From: Candidatus Woesebacteria bacterium
GTDB taxonomy: Bacteria > Patescibacteriota > Microgenomatia > UBA8517
Assembly (NCBI GenBank): GCA_013374835.1
Contig: CP055307.1
Coordinates: 10,447 to 74,446, forward strand
Direction: 5' to 3'
Length of the DNA stretch: 64,000 nt
Shown here: one piece after another, positions 10,395-20,377 of the stretch
Layout of the letters: every line of letters begins with the position of its first letter
How positions within the stretch are numbered: position 1 is the stretch's first letter
Program-made: the position numbers and the translations under genes
The notes under the pieces: model-generated
Databases searched by the model: none
What the model was told of the DNA's origin: nothing
Seen by the model: the letters and a program-made list of their open reading frames with translations, nothing else

Positions 10395-11669
10395 TTAATT
10401 AGAAATAATTCTATCAAAACCGGCTTTATTTTTAAAAGGCCCGATGATTGCTAAATTTAGCCTTTCTTTGGAAAAAAAATTATTTGCTAGCTCTAAAAGT
10501 TCTTCTTTTTTTACCTTATCTATTTTCTCGAAAATTTCTTCAAGACTTTTTATTTTTCCAAGAAGAAGCTCCTCTTCTCCAAAAAATTGGTTTATTGCGC
10601 TTGTGTCCTCAAGGGCGAGCGATATCTTCCCTTTTATGTATTCTTTTGCTTTGGCAAGCTCTTTAGCCGTTATTTTGATTTTTTCATTTTTTAAATCTTC
10701 AAATACTTTAAGCATGATTTTGAGGGCGTCTTCAGCTTTGTTTGGTTCGACTCCAGCATATGCAGTAAAACGGCCAGTATCCGTATAGTGATCGCTATAA
10801 GTTTTTACAGCGTATGCGAGGCCTCTTTTTTCGCGAACCTCGGTAAACATCCTACTGCTCATGCCACCACCGAGAATAGCATTTAAGACTGCTTCAGCGT
10901 AGCGGTTTTTATGCCCAAGTCTTTCCCCTAGAAATCCAATCATTATATGCGCCTGATCCGTTTTTTTGTTTACCATTTTAATCTTCGGCGCCTTCTGAGA
11001 CGAAACAAACTTAACAGGAGGATTTTTTACTCCCCTTTTGATTGATCCGAAATATTTTTCTGAAAGCTTAAGTGCTTTGCTCTCTTCGATACTTCCCGAA
11101 AGAGTAATGAGCATATTTTGAGAAAAATAATATTTTTCGAGATAATTCTTGAAATCTTTGGCTGATATCCCATCTATTGCCTTTTTAGTGCCGATGATAT
11201 CACGGGCTAAGCTATTGCCCTCAAAGACTATATTTTCAAGAAATTCCTCCACTCTTCTTATCGGAAGATCCTCATACATATCCATTTCAGCCTTTATTAC
11301 TCCCTTTTCTCTTTCTATATCGGAAGGCTTAAGAAGTGGTGACAAAAGCATATCGGAGAGCACGTCAAAAGCTTTTTCAATTTTGTCCGCCCTTACTTTT
11401 ATATAAAAAAGGGTAATTTCTTTTCCTGTTGAAGCGTTAAATTCACCTCCTATTGAATCTATTGCTTCTGAAATTTTTTTAGCTGAATTGTATTTTTTAC
11501 CTCCTTTAAACACAATATGCTCCAAAAAATGGCTTATACCGGCTTTTGACTCATCTTCGTAGCGCGAGCCTACGTTTACCCACACTGTTAATGTTACTGA
11601 TTCTATCTTTTTAATAGATGTTGTGAGAATTTTTAAGTCATTAGAAAGAGTTGAGATATCCGGTTTCAT
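10395..11669 (-). CDS. M16 (pitrilysin/insulinase) family zinc peptidase
   Basis: Inverted zincin HFLEH, GSRYE, and GGGMSSRMF.EVRE.RGLAY. Start set at MKPDIS. Confidence 0.93.
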   Translation of the reverse strand: MKPDISTLSNDLKILTTSIKKIESVTLTVWVNVGSRYEDESKAGISHFLEHIVFKGGKKYNSAKKISEAIDSIGGEFNASTGKEITLFYIKVRADKIEKAFDVLSDMLLSPLLKPSDIEREKGVIKAEMDMYEDLPIRRVEEFLENIVFEGNSLARDIIGTKKAIDGISAKDFKNYLEKYYFSQNMLITLSGSIEESKALKLSEKYFGSIKRGVKNPPVKFVSSQKAPKIKMVNKKTDQAHIMIGFLGERLGHKNRYAEAVLNAILGGGMSSRMFTEVREKRGLAYAVKTYSDHYTDTGRFTAYAGVEPNKAEDALKIMLKVFEDLKNEKIKITAKELAKAKEYIKGKISLALEDTSAINQFFGEEELLLGKIKSLEEIFEKIDKVKKEELLELANNFFSKERLNLAIIGPFKNKAGFDRIISN

Positions 11670-11731
11670 GAAAGCTAGTATATCAGTATGAACTAAGATT
11701 AACAATAAAATCTAAAAGACTGCGACAATGC

Positions 11732-13378
11732 TTACACGCTATAGTGATCTATCCAGATGACATAATCTAGGCCATCAACGCGGCTGTCGGCATTAAAATC
11801 GCCTTGAGAGGGGCCAGAAGAGTTTGAACGACCATAATTATCAACCCATATCACATAATCAAGCCCATCGACACGTCCGTCTCCGTTGGCATCACCTGGT
11901 TTAACTGTGGGTGAGGTTGCTTTTGGACTCGCAGATGGCGTAGGAGAAGCAGTTGCAGGGGTGGGTGAAGGTGTTGGAGTTGGAACAACCCCGCCACACG
12001 TTGAATCTGTACATCTTATTAACCTTATTCTGCCATAACTAAAATTGGGATAACCTGTTTCGTATGTTCCAAGACCCGCGCTGGCAGCGGCCTGATATAC
12101 CACCCGCGGTTCTCCACCTGGAAAAGAATTGTTATTAAAAGTCGCAATATAATCAATCATTACTGAATCTACTGCGATAGGATCAGTTGAAATAAAAATC
12201 GAACTTGGCCACGGTTTTATTCCATGAGCTGAATCTGGACTTTGACTCGGACCCCCGCTTTTTAGCCCGTACATTGCGTCTCCTACTACAAGAATTGTCT
12301 TATTTTTTATCCATGGTTGTGAATTTAAAACTACCAAAGAATAGCTACCATTATACGGCGAGGCTAAACCATAGTGAAAAGAAGACGGATTATTAGTACT
12401 GCCAAGATGATTTTTAAGGCTAAGAGTAACTCTCCCACCCTCGTGAGTACTAAGAAGTGGCATATTAATTAAATATTTTGCATCGCTTAAAATACAAGTA
12501 AGTCTAGCCGAACCATTTGGTCCAGTCCAAATATCGCTTCCACAAAAACCACCACCCGGATTCATCTGTACGTTTGGAAAACGCGACCTAATCCCAGCTT
12601 GAAACGGAGATTGAATAGGTCTTGAAGCATCGTAAAGAATTATATTTGACTGGCTAACTCCGACTTCGTTGACAAGCTGCCTTAGGAGAGAGTTAACAAC
12701 CTGATAGTTGGGGTTACGATTCGTGATCACTCCACTATTATTAAAATTAAGCTTTATTGCAATTTTTTCACCTTGAGTATAATCGGATCCTCCATTGAAA
12801 TTCTTAAAAATCTGTGACCACGAGGCCTTAACAGTTGATTGTCCGGTAAGCCTTTTAATCGCTGTATCCATCATCTCATCTGAAACAGAAGCGTTTACTC
12901 TTGCGCTTAAATCACTGCTCCATCCAGTTGCCGCCCTTGTATCTCTTATCCAAACAACAGTCGGCGCAGTCTGCCCTATGGACGTCTGAACTAGCTTTCT
13001 CTCCATCTGAAGCACGTAAACGCTATGCAACTTAGAGACCAAAAACAGTGCTGTGAGACCAAGAACAACCCCTCTTGCCAACAATTTTCCTCGTCTTTTT
13101 AGGCGATATGAAAGTACAGTAGATACAAACAATCCCGAAATCCAGCTTAAAAAAACAACGGAATTAGCAGCTGCTACTTTTTGACAAGGATATGTTAATC
13201 GACTCGGTTTCCTTCCAGACCTAATAATTAACCATAGCATACTCCCCAAACCAACAAGCAAAAATAACAAAGAGGGTGTATGCTTTTTTTTGTGTTGCAA
13301 AAGCCTTGCCTCTTCGTGAACCCTATAAAAGATATAACTGATAAATTTGTTTATATGCTTATTTAACTTTTTTTTCAT
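11732..13378 (-). CDS. DUF362-family protein with N-terminal membrane segments, PT linker and dockerin
   Basis: IAIKLN, YLINMPLLSTH..VTLSLKNHLG and STDPIAVDS are DUF362 motifs; SGRKPSRLTYPCQ N-terminus; dockerin. Confidence 0.75.
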   Translation of the reverse strand: MKKKLNKHINKFISYIFYRVHEEARLLQHKKKHTPSLLFLLVGLGSMLWLIIRSGRKPSRLTYPCQKVAAANSVVFLSWISGLFVSTVLSYRLKRRGKLLARGVVLGLTALFLVSKLHSVYVLQMERKLVQTSIGQTAPTVVWIRDTRAATGWSSDLSARVNASVSDEMMDTAIKRLTGQSTVKASWSQIFKNFNGGSDYTQGEKIAIKLNFNNSGVITNRNPNYQVVNSLLRQLVNEVGVSQSNIILYDASRPIQSPFQAGIRSRFPNVQMNPGGGFCGSDIWTGPNGSARLTCILSDAKYLINMPLLSTHEGGRVTLSLKNHLGSTNNPSSFHYGLASPYNGSYSLVVLNSQPWIKNKTILVVGDAMYGLKSGGPSQSPDSAHGIKPWPSSIFISTDPIAVDSVMIDYIATFNNNSFPGGEPRVVYQAAASAGLGTYETGYPNFSYGRIRLIRCTDSTCGGVVPTPTPSPTPATASPTPSASPKATSPTVKPGDANGDGRVDGLDYVIWVDNYGRSNSSGPSQGDFNADSRVDGLDYVIWIDHYSV

Positions 13379-15408
13379 CCCCCATAATTATCCACCCAAA
13401 TAACATAATCAAGCCCATCGACTCTATGGTCATTATTAAAATCACCCAGAGAAACACTCGCCCCTGAGTTCGTACCATAATTATCCACCCAAATAACATA
13501 ATCAAGCCCATCGACACGTCCGTCTCCGTTGGCATCACCTGGTTTACCAGATGGAGTTGCGCTGGGCGAACCAATTGGCGGCTGTATTCCTGGCTCAAAT
13601 CCCGGAAAAGGTATTGGAGTTGGTATAGGTAAGGATGAACAGTTATCGGTTGTTACAGTACCGCTTGTTCCTGTCTCGATAATTTTGCCAGTATTTTTAC
13701 ATAATGTTATACCTACTGCATTACGCAGATAGATATCCGCATACGGATGATTGTGTCCAGAATTATTGGAAACCAAAGAGTTATGAGCACGAATTACAAA
13801 ACCATTTCGCGCTAGACCGTAACCCGTATAATATGAATGGTTGTTAATAATTTTCATATTACTTGCTGAATCTGTACAAATTCCACCCAAACCATTGCTA
13901 CTGGGATTAACCCATTGGTTGTCATACATAACGTTGTTGCGAGCTTCGTTTCCATTACCGTTAAACCAGATAGCACAGGCACCTTGATGGATAATTGTAT
14001 TGCCCTCCACAAGATTGTTATATCCATTAAGCGTAACACCCATGTCCTCTCCGTCTGCAATATAGTTGCCGATAACTTTTACATTAGGGCCGCCAAAAAA
14101 CGATAGCTGGTCTGACCAGCCGCGAAGCGCCACATTGCCTTTAATTAAACTGTCGTGCATTCCCGGTTCAGCATGAACGGCGGTATAGTTAGTTCGCCTT
14201 GTTAAAACCTCATAGCGCGTACCATTTGGCGGAGTTACTCTTTTACCTGTTAAATCCCACCAATCATGTACATTAATACGAGTAGAAGTAAAATTTCCTC
14301 CACCCCAAAGAGCGCCTAAATAAACACCGTAGGCGGTATATGGAGTACCATCTGGCGGTGCAGAACGCGGAAGTCTATCGCTGTCGTTAAGCCATTCTTC
14401 AACCGTAATTTTTGTTTCCGAGTCAACTTTTAAAACCACGCCAAAAGCACCATCGCTTGTCTTAATAATTTCTCCTTTTAAAATTCCGCTGGAAACAAAC
14501 TTTGCGGTGGGATCGGTAAGAGTGTTTTTGGTATAAGTTGCTGAACCCTGTTCGCGTACAGGCATTACTCTAATATTTACCACTACATCAGTCGACCTTC
14601 GCTCTTGCTCTGGAAAATTACCAAAACGAGCATTGGTATCAGTAAGAGAATTACTGGTATAAGTAACGCTATTTCCCTGTCCTGTGTGTGGACCGGCTTT
14701 AACCAACCACCAGTAACCATCAAACCAATTATCTTCAATAGTTATATTTCGAGCATTATAAACTCTATCCTGCTCAGAATTAAAAATAATTCCCTCGTGT
14801 AGCCAAAGAAATTTATTTCTACGAAAAACTAAATTATTAGCGTCGAAATTAACAAGTACTGCCCTCCCCATAACAACCCCAGGTGAATGAAAAAGAGAGT
14901 CTTCAATTACTACATCTTGTGCGTTGGTAAGCACAATTATATTCATGTCTCTTGTATTCCAAAAACGGCACCTGCTTATTCTAAAGGGACGCGGAGCCCC
15001 AGAACCATTAATATCAATCTGCGTTGACCCGCCGCTAGTCGTGTCAAAACCAAGATCTTCAATAGCTACATTAGAAACATTCGCTGTACTTTCAACAGTT
15101 CTACCTGTTGCCACTAGGACAGACTGGTACATTCCTGCGCCTTTAAAGGTTACATTTGATTTAGTTAAAGGCAGTGCTCTGCTGCCAACTTTGTAACGCC
15201 CTGGTGGAAAATAAACCACACCCCCACCCGCCGGTAAGGCATTAAATGCCGCATGGATTGCTCCTGTATCATCTGCTGTGCCGTTACCAAGGGCACCATA
15301 GTCTTTTACATTGACGGTAGTTTGAGCTTTAGTAGAGGAGAAAAAAATGAAAAAAAATGAAATACTGATAATTTGAAAAATAAAAAATAAATAAATTTTT
15401 TTAAACAT
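13375..15408 (-). CDS. Secreted right-handed beta-helix (pectate-lyase-3/GH28-like) protein with dockerin
   Basis: VNVKDYGALGNG..DDT.AI..A....GGVVYFPPG.Y signature; Asn-ladder beta-helix repeats; dockerin. Confidence 0.85.
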   Translation of the reverse strand: MFKKIYLFFIFQIISISFFFIFFSSTKAQTTVNVKDYGALGNGTADDTGAIHAAFNALPAGGGVVYFPPGRYKVGSRALPLTKSNVTFKGAGMYQSVLVATGRTVESTANVSNVAIEDLGFDTTSGGSTQIDINGSGAPRPFRISRCRFWNTRDMNIIVLTNAQDVVIEDSLFHSPGVVMGRAVLVNFDANNLVFRRNKFLWLHEGIIFNSEQDRVYNARNITIEDNWFDGYWWLVKAGPHTGQGNSVTYTSNSLTDTNARFGNFPEQERRSTDVVVNIRVMPVREQGSATYTKNTLTDPTAKFVSSGILKGEIIKTSDGAFGVVLKVDSETKITVEEWLNDSDRLPRSAPPDGTPYTAYGVYLGALWGGGNFTSTRINVHDWWDLTGKRVTPPNGTRYEVLTRRTNYTAVHAEPGMHDSLIKGNVALRGWSDQLSFFGGPNVKVIGNYIADGEDMGVTLNGYNNLVEGNTIIHQGACAIWFNGNGNEARNNVMYDNQWVNPSSNGLGGICTDSASNMKIINNHSYYTGYGLARNGFVIRAHNSLVSNNSGHNHPYADIYLRNAVGITLCKNTGKIIETGTSGTVTTDNCSSLPIPTPIPFPGFEPGIQPPIGSPSATPSGKPGDANGDGRVDGLDYVIWVDNYGTNSGASVSLGDFNNDHRVDGLDYVIWVDNYGG

Positions 15409-15482
15409 TTACATATTATTTATATTTTTATAATACTATATTTTTATAATACATAAAAAAATACACACATTAAAGAGAGAGA

Positions 15483-15560
15483 GCTTTTTTAAGGATATCC
15501 TCGTCTTTTTTAGGGCAAGACGAACTGACTCGATACCAAATTGGAGATTATCGCAAAAGA
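15483..15560 (-). pseudogene. Degenerate fragment of the adenylate-kinase-like gene
   Basis: GATATCCTCGTCTTTTT...CGAA....CTCGATACCAA aligns with 9575-9632 inside the kinase gene. Confidence 0.6.
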
Positions 15561-15703
15561 AAGTGCTACCAAAAATGCGGCTATGTATGAAGGTGTGATA
15601 AATAATTTTTGCCTATCCCATGAAAAAACTCAATAAGATGGAGGTAATTTGTTTTTTAATTTTCTGATTCATATAAAATTCATATAAAAAGATTATAAAT
15701 TAT

Positions 15704-17389
15704 TTACATTTTTTCCGGGGCTTTTATTCCCAGAAGCAAAAGGCCGTTTTTGAGGACAGTACCGGTTGCAACAGTTATGGCAAGGCGGAATTGACTCATG
15801 ACTGATGACTTATCACTAATATCTAATATTCTGTGTTTAGAATAGAAAGTATTGTATTTTTGGGCTAAATTGAATAAGTAACTACAAAGAATGTTTGGTG
15901 AGTAATTTTTGGCGGCATTAACTAAAACGTCTTGATATTGGGACAAAATACGAAGTAAAGAAAGTTCTTCTTTGTTAAATTGCATCTTCCAAGCACCAAG
16001 ATCCAAAGATTTTTTATTTGGGATTTGAGATTTATTTATTATGCTTTGTGTTCGGGCATAAGTGTACTGAAGATATGGTCCTGAGTTTCCTTTAAGATTA
16101 AATATGCTATTCCAATCAAAATTTATATCACTCTCAGGGTGATGCATAAGATCAAAATATTTTATAGCTCCGATGCCAACTTTTTTAATAATCTCCTTTT
16201 TTTCTTCTGAATCGATATCTTTTGCCACTTTTGCTTTTTCAAACAACTCTGCCGCCTTATCCATCGCTTTTTCGAGAATATCTTCAAGTTTTATAGTAGT
16301 TCCTTTTCTTGTCGACATTTTTTTGCCGCCTATTAAGACAAGACCGTGAGCTATGTGTACAAAACTCGTCTTTTTTGCCCATCCTAAAAGTTCTGCTGCC
16401 TTAAAAACTTGCCTAAAGTGAAGCTTTTGTTCGCTTCCAACTTCATAGATAATGAGCGAGGGGTTCCATTTTTTGAGGCGAAAGTCTATAGCTGCAAGAT
16501 CGCGCGTAAGATATGTTGTTGTACCGTCGGATTTTATAAGCATTGCTGGCGGTAAATCTTTACCGAGATCTATTATAAGTGCACCCCGGCTTTTCTTAGC
16601 TAATTTCTTTGCTTTTGCTAGGCTTATTATTTTTGCCATTTTATCTTCATAGAAGCTTTCGCCGTAGGTATAGTCTATTTTTATATCAAGAAGATCGTAA
16701 ATTTTTTGATATTCGGCGAGTGATATTTTGTTTACTATCTCCCAAATTTGGCGGGCTTTTTTGTCTTTATCTTCCAAACGCTTGAACCAATCTTTAGCTT
16801 TTTCTTTTAGAGCGAGGTTTTCTTTTGCTCTTTTGGAATAATCAACATAAAGCTCTTCAAGTTCATTAAGAGTAATACTATCCGGATTAAAACTCTTTTC
16901 TTCAATAGCTGAAAGGATTATGCCAAACTGTGTTCCCCAATCCCCCAGATGATTGTCCCCAACTGTATCAAAACCTAAAAAAGTATATAAATTGTATACA
17001 GCTTGACCTATTACAGTACTTCTTAAGTGCCCTATTGAAAAGCGTTTTGCAACATTTGGGGACGAATAATCTATAACTACACATTTACCCTTTCCAATTT
17101 CATCTTTTCCGTAATTGTCTTTTTGCTTTAGTATTTTTTCTAGATTATCAATAAGAGCTTCTTTTGAAAGCCAAAAATTGATAAAACCTTCTTTAATTTC
17201 AATTTTTGATACTATTTGTGAAAGGCTTTTATCTTTTGTGAGATTTTTTTTAATTTCTTCAGGATTACCCTTTTTTAACCCTATGTTTGTACTGAAATCA
17301 CCATAAGCTGGATTCGCCGGTATTTCTAATTCCACTTTATCTACTTTCGCTGCTTTTTTCAAAGATGATTCGATAAGTTTTTTATACAT
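15704..17389 (-). CDS. argS: Arginine--tRNA ligase
   Basis: DYSSPNVAK, HIGH-like SIGHLRS, HLGDWGTQFG, KMSTRKG, GNSGPYLQY. Confidence 0.97.
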   Translation of the reverse strand: MYKKLIESSLKKAAKVDKVELEIPANPAYGDFSTNIGLKKGNPEEIKKNLTKDKSLSQIVSKIEIKEGFINFWLSKEALIDNLEKILKQKDNYGKDEIGKGKCVVIDYSSPNVAKRFSIGHLRSTVIGQAVYNLYTFLGFDTVGDNHLGDWGTQFGIILSAIEEKSFNPDSITLNELEELYVDYSKRAKENLALKEKAKDWFKRLEDKDKKARQIWEIVNKISLAEYQKIYDLLDIKIDYTYGESFYEDKMAKIISLAKAKKLAKKSRGALIIDLGKDLPPAMLIKSDGTTTYLTRDLAAIDFRLKKWNPSLIIYEVGSEQKLHFRQVFKAAELLGWAKKTSFVHIAHGLVLIGGKKMSTRKGTTIKLEDILEKAMDKAAELFEKAKVAKDIDSEEKKEIIKKVGIGAIKYFDLMHHPESDINFDWNSIFNLKGNSGPYLQYTYARTQSIINKSQIPNKKSLDLGAWKMQFNKEELSLLRILSQYQDVLVNAAKNYSPNILCSYLFNLAQKYNTFYSKHRILDISDKSSVMSQFRLAITVATGTVLKNGLLLLGIKAPEKM

Positions 17390-17419
17390 TTGTGCTAATT
17401 TTAATATTTTTGCTACTAT

Positions 17420-17851
17420 TTGTATATGGACGAAGAAGAACTTCCAAAACCGGATAACGCTGAAGGTAAAGACGACCCAAATCTTTTAATACTCGAGCAA
17501 CTTATAAAAAAGGCAGGCAGTATAAGCGATCCACTAAAATCCGCAGTTAAAGCCAATGCTCTTTCTTACCTTAAGGCAATTTATACAAGTTCACTGACGA
17601 TTAAAGATGACGACGATTACCAGAAAACTCTTGATATGTATAAAAATTTTGTAGAATCTTTAAAAAATTCCGAAATATATTTAGAGATTAAGAATATCGA
17701 TGAAGAAGAACTGCAGGAACTTACTCCTGTTATTTCGGTTATTGAAGATGCTCTAAAAATAGCGAATGATGAAAGGATAGTAACTCCTAAAAATAGTCAT
17801 TTCGCTTCTGGTTCAACTACTAACGATCCTAGTTTACCTTCTCAAGAGTAA
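17420..17851 (+). CDS. Hypothetical acidic protein
   Basis: 143-aa ORF filling the gap between argS and the comEC block; no recognisable motif. Confidence 0.55.
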   Translation: MYMDEEELPKPDNAEGKDDPNLLILEQLIKKAGSISDPLKSAVKANALSYLKAIYTSSLTIKDDDDYQKTLDMYKNFVESLKNSEIYLEIKNIDEEELQELTPVISVIEDALKIANDERIVTPKNSHFASGSTTNDPSLPSQE

Positions 17852-18659
17852 AACCGTTTGTAGCTATCACAACATCCCCTTCTTCTTTGGTTACAAATGT
17901 TCTTATATTTCTAGCGGAGAGCATGTCTAAAACTTCTTTATGGGGATGTCCCCAAGGGTTTCTACCTGCCGATATTACTGCTATCTGAGGATTGGTTGCA
18001 TCAAGAAGGCTTTCGGTAAGACCATTTTTACTTCCATGATGAGGTATTTTGATATATTCCAAGTTTGGCAGCCTGTGTGCTTTTAGTAAATCTTCAATTG
18101 CGTCCGGACCAATATCTCCTGTAAATAATCCCTCAAAATCAGCGTATTTTAAAAGAAGAACCACCGAATTGTTATTATTTCCTTTCTGAGGATATTCTTC
18201 TAAAGGCCAGAGTATATCTAAATATATCAATCCTATTTTTAACTTTTTTGTCCTTTGAGTGCTTATGAGCTTGACATTTTCTTTTTCTATTAAATTTTTT
18301 AGCACTCCGAATGATTGATTGCCAGATTCAGCCTCGTTTGATAAAAAATATAAAACTTTAAAATTGTTGAACACTTCTAAAAGGCCATGATAGTGATCCT
18401 CTTCCGGGTGCGTTAGAACAACAAGTTCTATTTTTCTGTCCCAAAACGGAATATTCTTAGAAAGGCAATTTGCGACTTTGTTTCCCGGTCCGCCATCAAT
18501 CAATATTTGGGTATTCCTCTTTGTGATCAGAAACGCGTCTCCCTGCCCGACGTTGCATGCTATAATTCTCAAATTTTTCTCCGGAAGCGTAAAAACAGCT
18601 ATCCAAAAAAGCGCCGCTATAAGCGTAAGCAATGAAAGGGTTAATATAGTTTTTCTCAT
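17829..18659 (-). CDS. ComEC C-terminal metallo-beta-lactamase-fold domain (split comEC)
   Basis: NVGQGDA, LIDGG, THPEEDH, FTGD, HHGS, GHPH. Confidence 0.9.
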   Translation of the reverse strand: MRKTILTLSLLTLIAALFWIAVFTLPEKNLRIIACNVGQGDAFLITKRNTQILIDGGPGNKVANCLSKNIPFWDRKIELVVLTHPEEDHYHGLLEVFNNFKVLYFLSNEAESGNQSFGVLKNLIEKENVKLISTQRTKKLKIGLIYLDILWPLEEYPQKGNNNNSVVLLLKYADFEGLFTGDIGPDAIEDLLKAHRLPNLEYIKIPHHGSKNGLTESLLDATNPQIAVISAGRNPWGHPHKEVLDMLSARNIRTFVTKEEGDVVIATNGFTLEKVN

Positions 18660-19720
18660 CAGCTAAAAAAATTTATTACAAGCAAAAACCAGCTTGAAAG
18701 CGGGTATATCAAATAAAGTATGGGGAGCGAGAGACTAGTTGATATTATGCCAAGCAAAGAAGAGATCATTCCGAGAATTGTTATGGGGGCTATTGTCCAA
18801 AGGATGAGTGTGTTTATCAGAGGAGAAATGGGATTAAAACTTCCAAAGGATATGAAAAGAATCGGAGCAACGCCGATTTGTGCTGCTAGGGATGTTGAGA
18901 AGTCTTGCCTAAAGAATTTTGGTAAAAAGTATATCAATCTATTAATTTTGTTTTCAAAAAGTATCAATGACAATGTTGCCATAAAGGAAAGGATAAAACC
19001 CAGATCCCAAATCCAAAGAGGATTTATTATAAGCATTGTAAAAGCAGAAATAAAAAGCGCTCTTTTGGCAAAATAGATTTTTCCTAAACCCTGAGCAATA
19101 AAGGCTACAGAACCCATTATACCTGCACGAACAAGAGGAGCTTCCAAGCCGCAAAATAACACATAAAGCCAGATGACTGCGATTGAAACCAAGACTGCTT
19201 TTTTTCTTTTAGTTAAGAGTATAAGTGAATTAAGGGTAAAGCCTCCTACTAAAGAAACATTCATACCTGAAGCGACGACAACATGTGCCGTACCTGTTGA
19301 TTTTAAGTCTTGCCAAAAATCCTCAAAGATATTCTTTTTAGAACCAATGACTACCCCAGAAACTAATGCTGAATGAGGATAAGGAAGCGTGCTATTAATG
19401 TTACTAAGTATTTTTTCCCTTAGTGGATAAAAAAATCCTTTTGATTTTTCCAGACTTAAAAGAGCCGGGTCTTTAAGCTTTCGCCCATCTACTACCCCCT
19501 CTACCACCAACCTATCTCCATAGCTTATTTCTGGATATGGATCGAAGTAAATTTTAATGCCTTTTAGTGTAATTGATTGATAATTTTCTCCCCGAAACGG
19601 CTCTTGGGTAACTCGAGACCTTATCCTTATCCTATCTCCATCTTGATATTTCGGAATGGCTATCATATAGCGAAAGAAAAATAAAGCAAATAGAAGAAGC
19701 CCCAAAAAATATTTAATCAT
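18659..19720 (-). CDS. comEC: ComEC/Rec2 competence membrane channel domain
   Basis: GTAHVVVASGMN, LVRAGIM, DLGFILSF.AT; many transmembrane segments. Confidence 0.92.
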   Translation of the reverse strand: MIKYFLGLLLFALFFFRYMIAIPKYQDGDRIRIRSRVTQEPFRGENYQSITLKGIKIYFDPYPEISYGDRLVVEGVVDGRKLKDPALLSLEKSKGFFYPLREKILSNINSTLPYPHSALVSGVVIGSKKNIFEDFWQDLKSTGTAHVVVASGMNVSLVGGFTLNSLILLTKRKKAVLVSIAVIWLYVLFCGLEAPLVRAGIMGSVAFIAQGLGKIYFAKRALFISAFTMLIINPLWIWDLGFILSFMATLSLILFENKINRLIYFLPKFFRQDFSTSLAAQIGVAPILFISFGSFNPISPLINTLILWTIAPITILGMISSLLGIISTSLSLPILYLIYPLSSWFLLVINFFS

Positions 19721-19729
19721 TTAGACTAA

Positions 19730-20347
19730 TTAGTATACTGAAAAGAGATCTTTGTTTTTATCGTAAACGTTTTGTTTTAAAATCTTTTTGGTAAGTAATT
19801 CCTCTACTGTTGAGTAAGGTCTTTGTTCAATGATTTTTTGGGCTGTAACAGGGCCTATTCCCCATAATGATTCCAGCTCTTTTTGGCTTGCAGTATTAAT
19901 GTTTATCGTTTTTTCCGACGCCTGAAATATGTCATCCGAAACACCCAGATACCCCCCTTGATTATTAGCACTCATGTCTATTGACTGCTCACTGCTTGAC
20001 GGAATATAAATTTTTTGTCCGTCTTTGAGAGGGCTTGCGCGATTAAGGTATTTTGAAATCCATTCGTTGTCGGCGTCTTTGGATAATCCACCTGCTTTGT
20101 TTAACGCATCCTCTACTCTTTCGCTACTTTCAAAGGAATATACTCCGGGATTTTTTACGCTTCCTGATACTTCGACAATTATTTGACTTTGCTGTGCTTG
20201 TTTGGTGCCATTGCCTTTTTCTATTATTTCAATGCTATCTTGAGCGAACGGATTGGAAGCATAAAGAATTATTCCTGAGGCTACAAATATTAAACCCGTA
20301 AGGAAAAAAGCAATCTGCCAACGAAATTTATAGATTAGCTCTTCCAT
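19730..20347 (-). CDS. comEA: ComEA DNA-uptake protein (SLBB + helix-hairpin-helix)
   Basis: VSGSVKNPGVY, RVEDAL.KAGG, ININTAS..EL..L.GIGP..A..II. Confidence 0.93.
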   Translation of the reverse strand: MEELIYKFRWQIAFFLTGLIFVASGIILYASNPFAQDSIEIIEKGNGTKQAQQSQIIVEVSGSVKNPGVYSFESSERVEDALNKAGGLSKDADNEWISKYLNRASPLKDGQKIYIPSSSEQSIDMSANNQGGYLGVSDDIFQASEKTININTASQKELESLWGIGPVTAQKIIEQRPYSTVEELLTKKILKQNVYDKNKDLFSVY

Positions 20348-20377
20348 CTATAATATTATTATAGTTATAATATCCTT

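Larger units (their letters stand above)
3222..13545 (-). repeat. Six dispersed ~170-bp dockerin-coding repeats (about 3222-3390, 5417-5585, 6933-7100, 8213-8385, 11732-11900, 13375-13545)
   Basis: All encode GDANGDG(R/K)VDGLDYVIWVDNY...GDFNxD..(V/I)DGLDYVIW. Some copies share long identical DNA stretches. Confidence 0.95.

Noticed and set aside
3222-13545. Dockerin repeats as a CRISPR array or DGR template/variable repeats
   Set aside because: They are in-frame protein domains spaced kilobases apart, differences are not adenine-specific, and no cas or reverse transcriptase gene is in the window.
15562-15615. Possible argS 3' relic (YHTF..SRIF vs YNTF..HRIL)
   Set aside because: The similarity is too short and weak to separate from chance.
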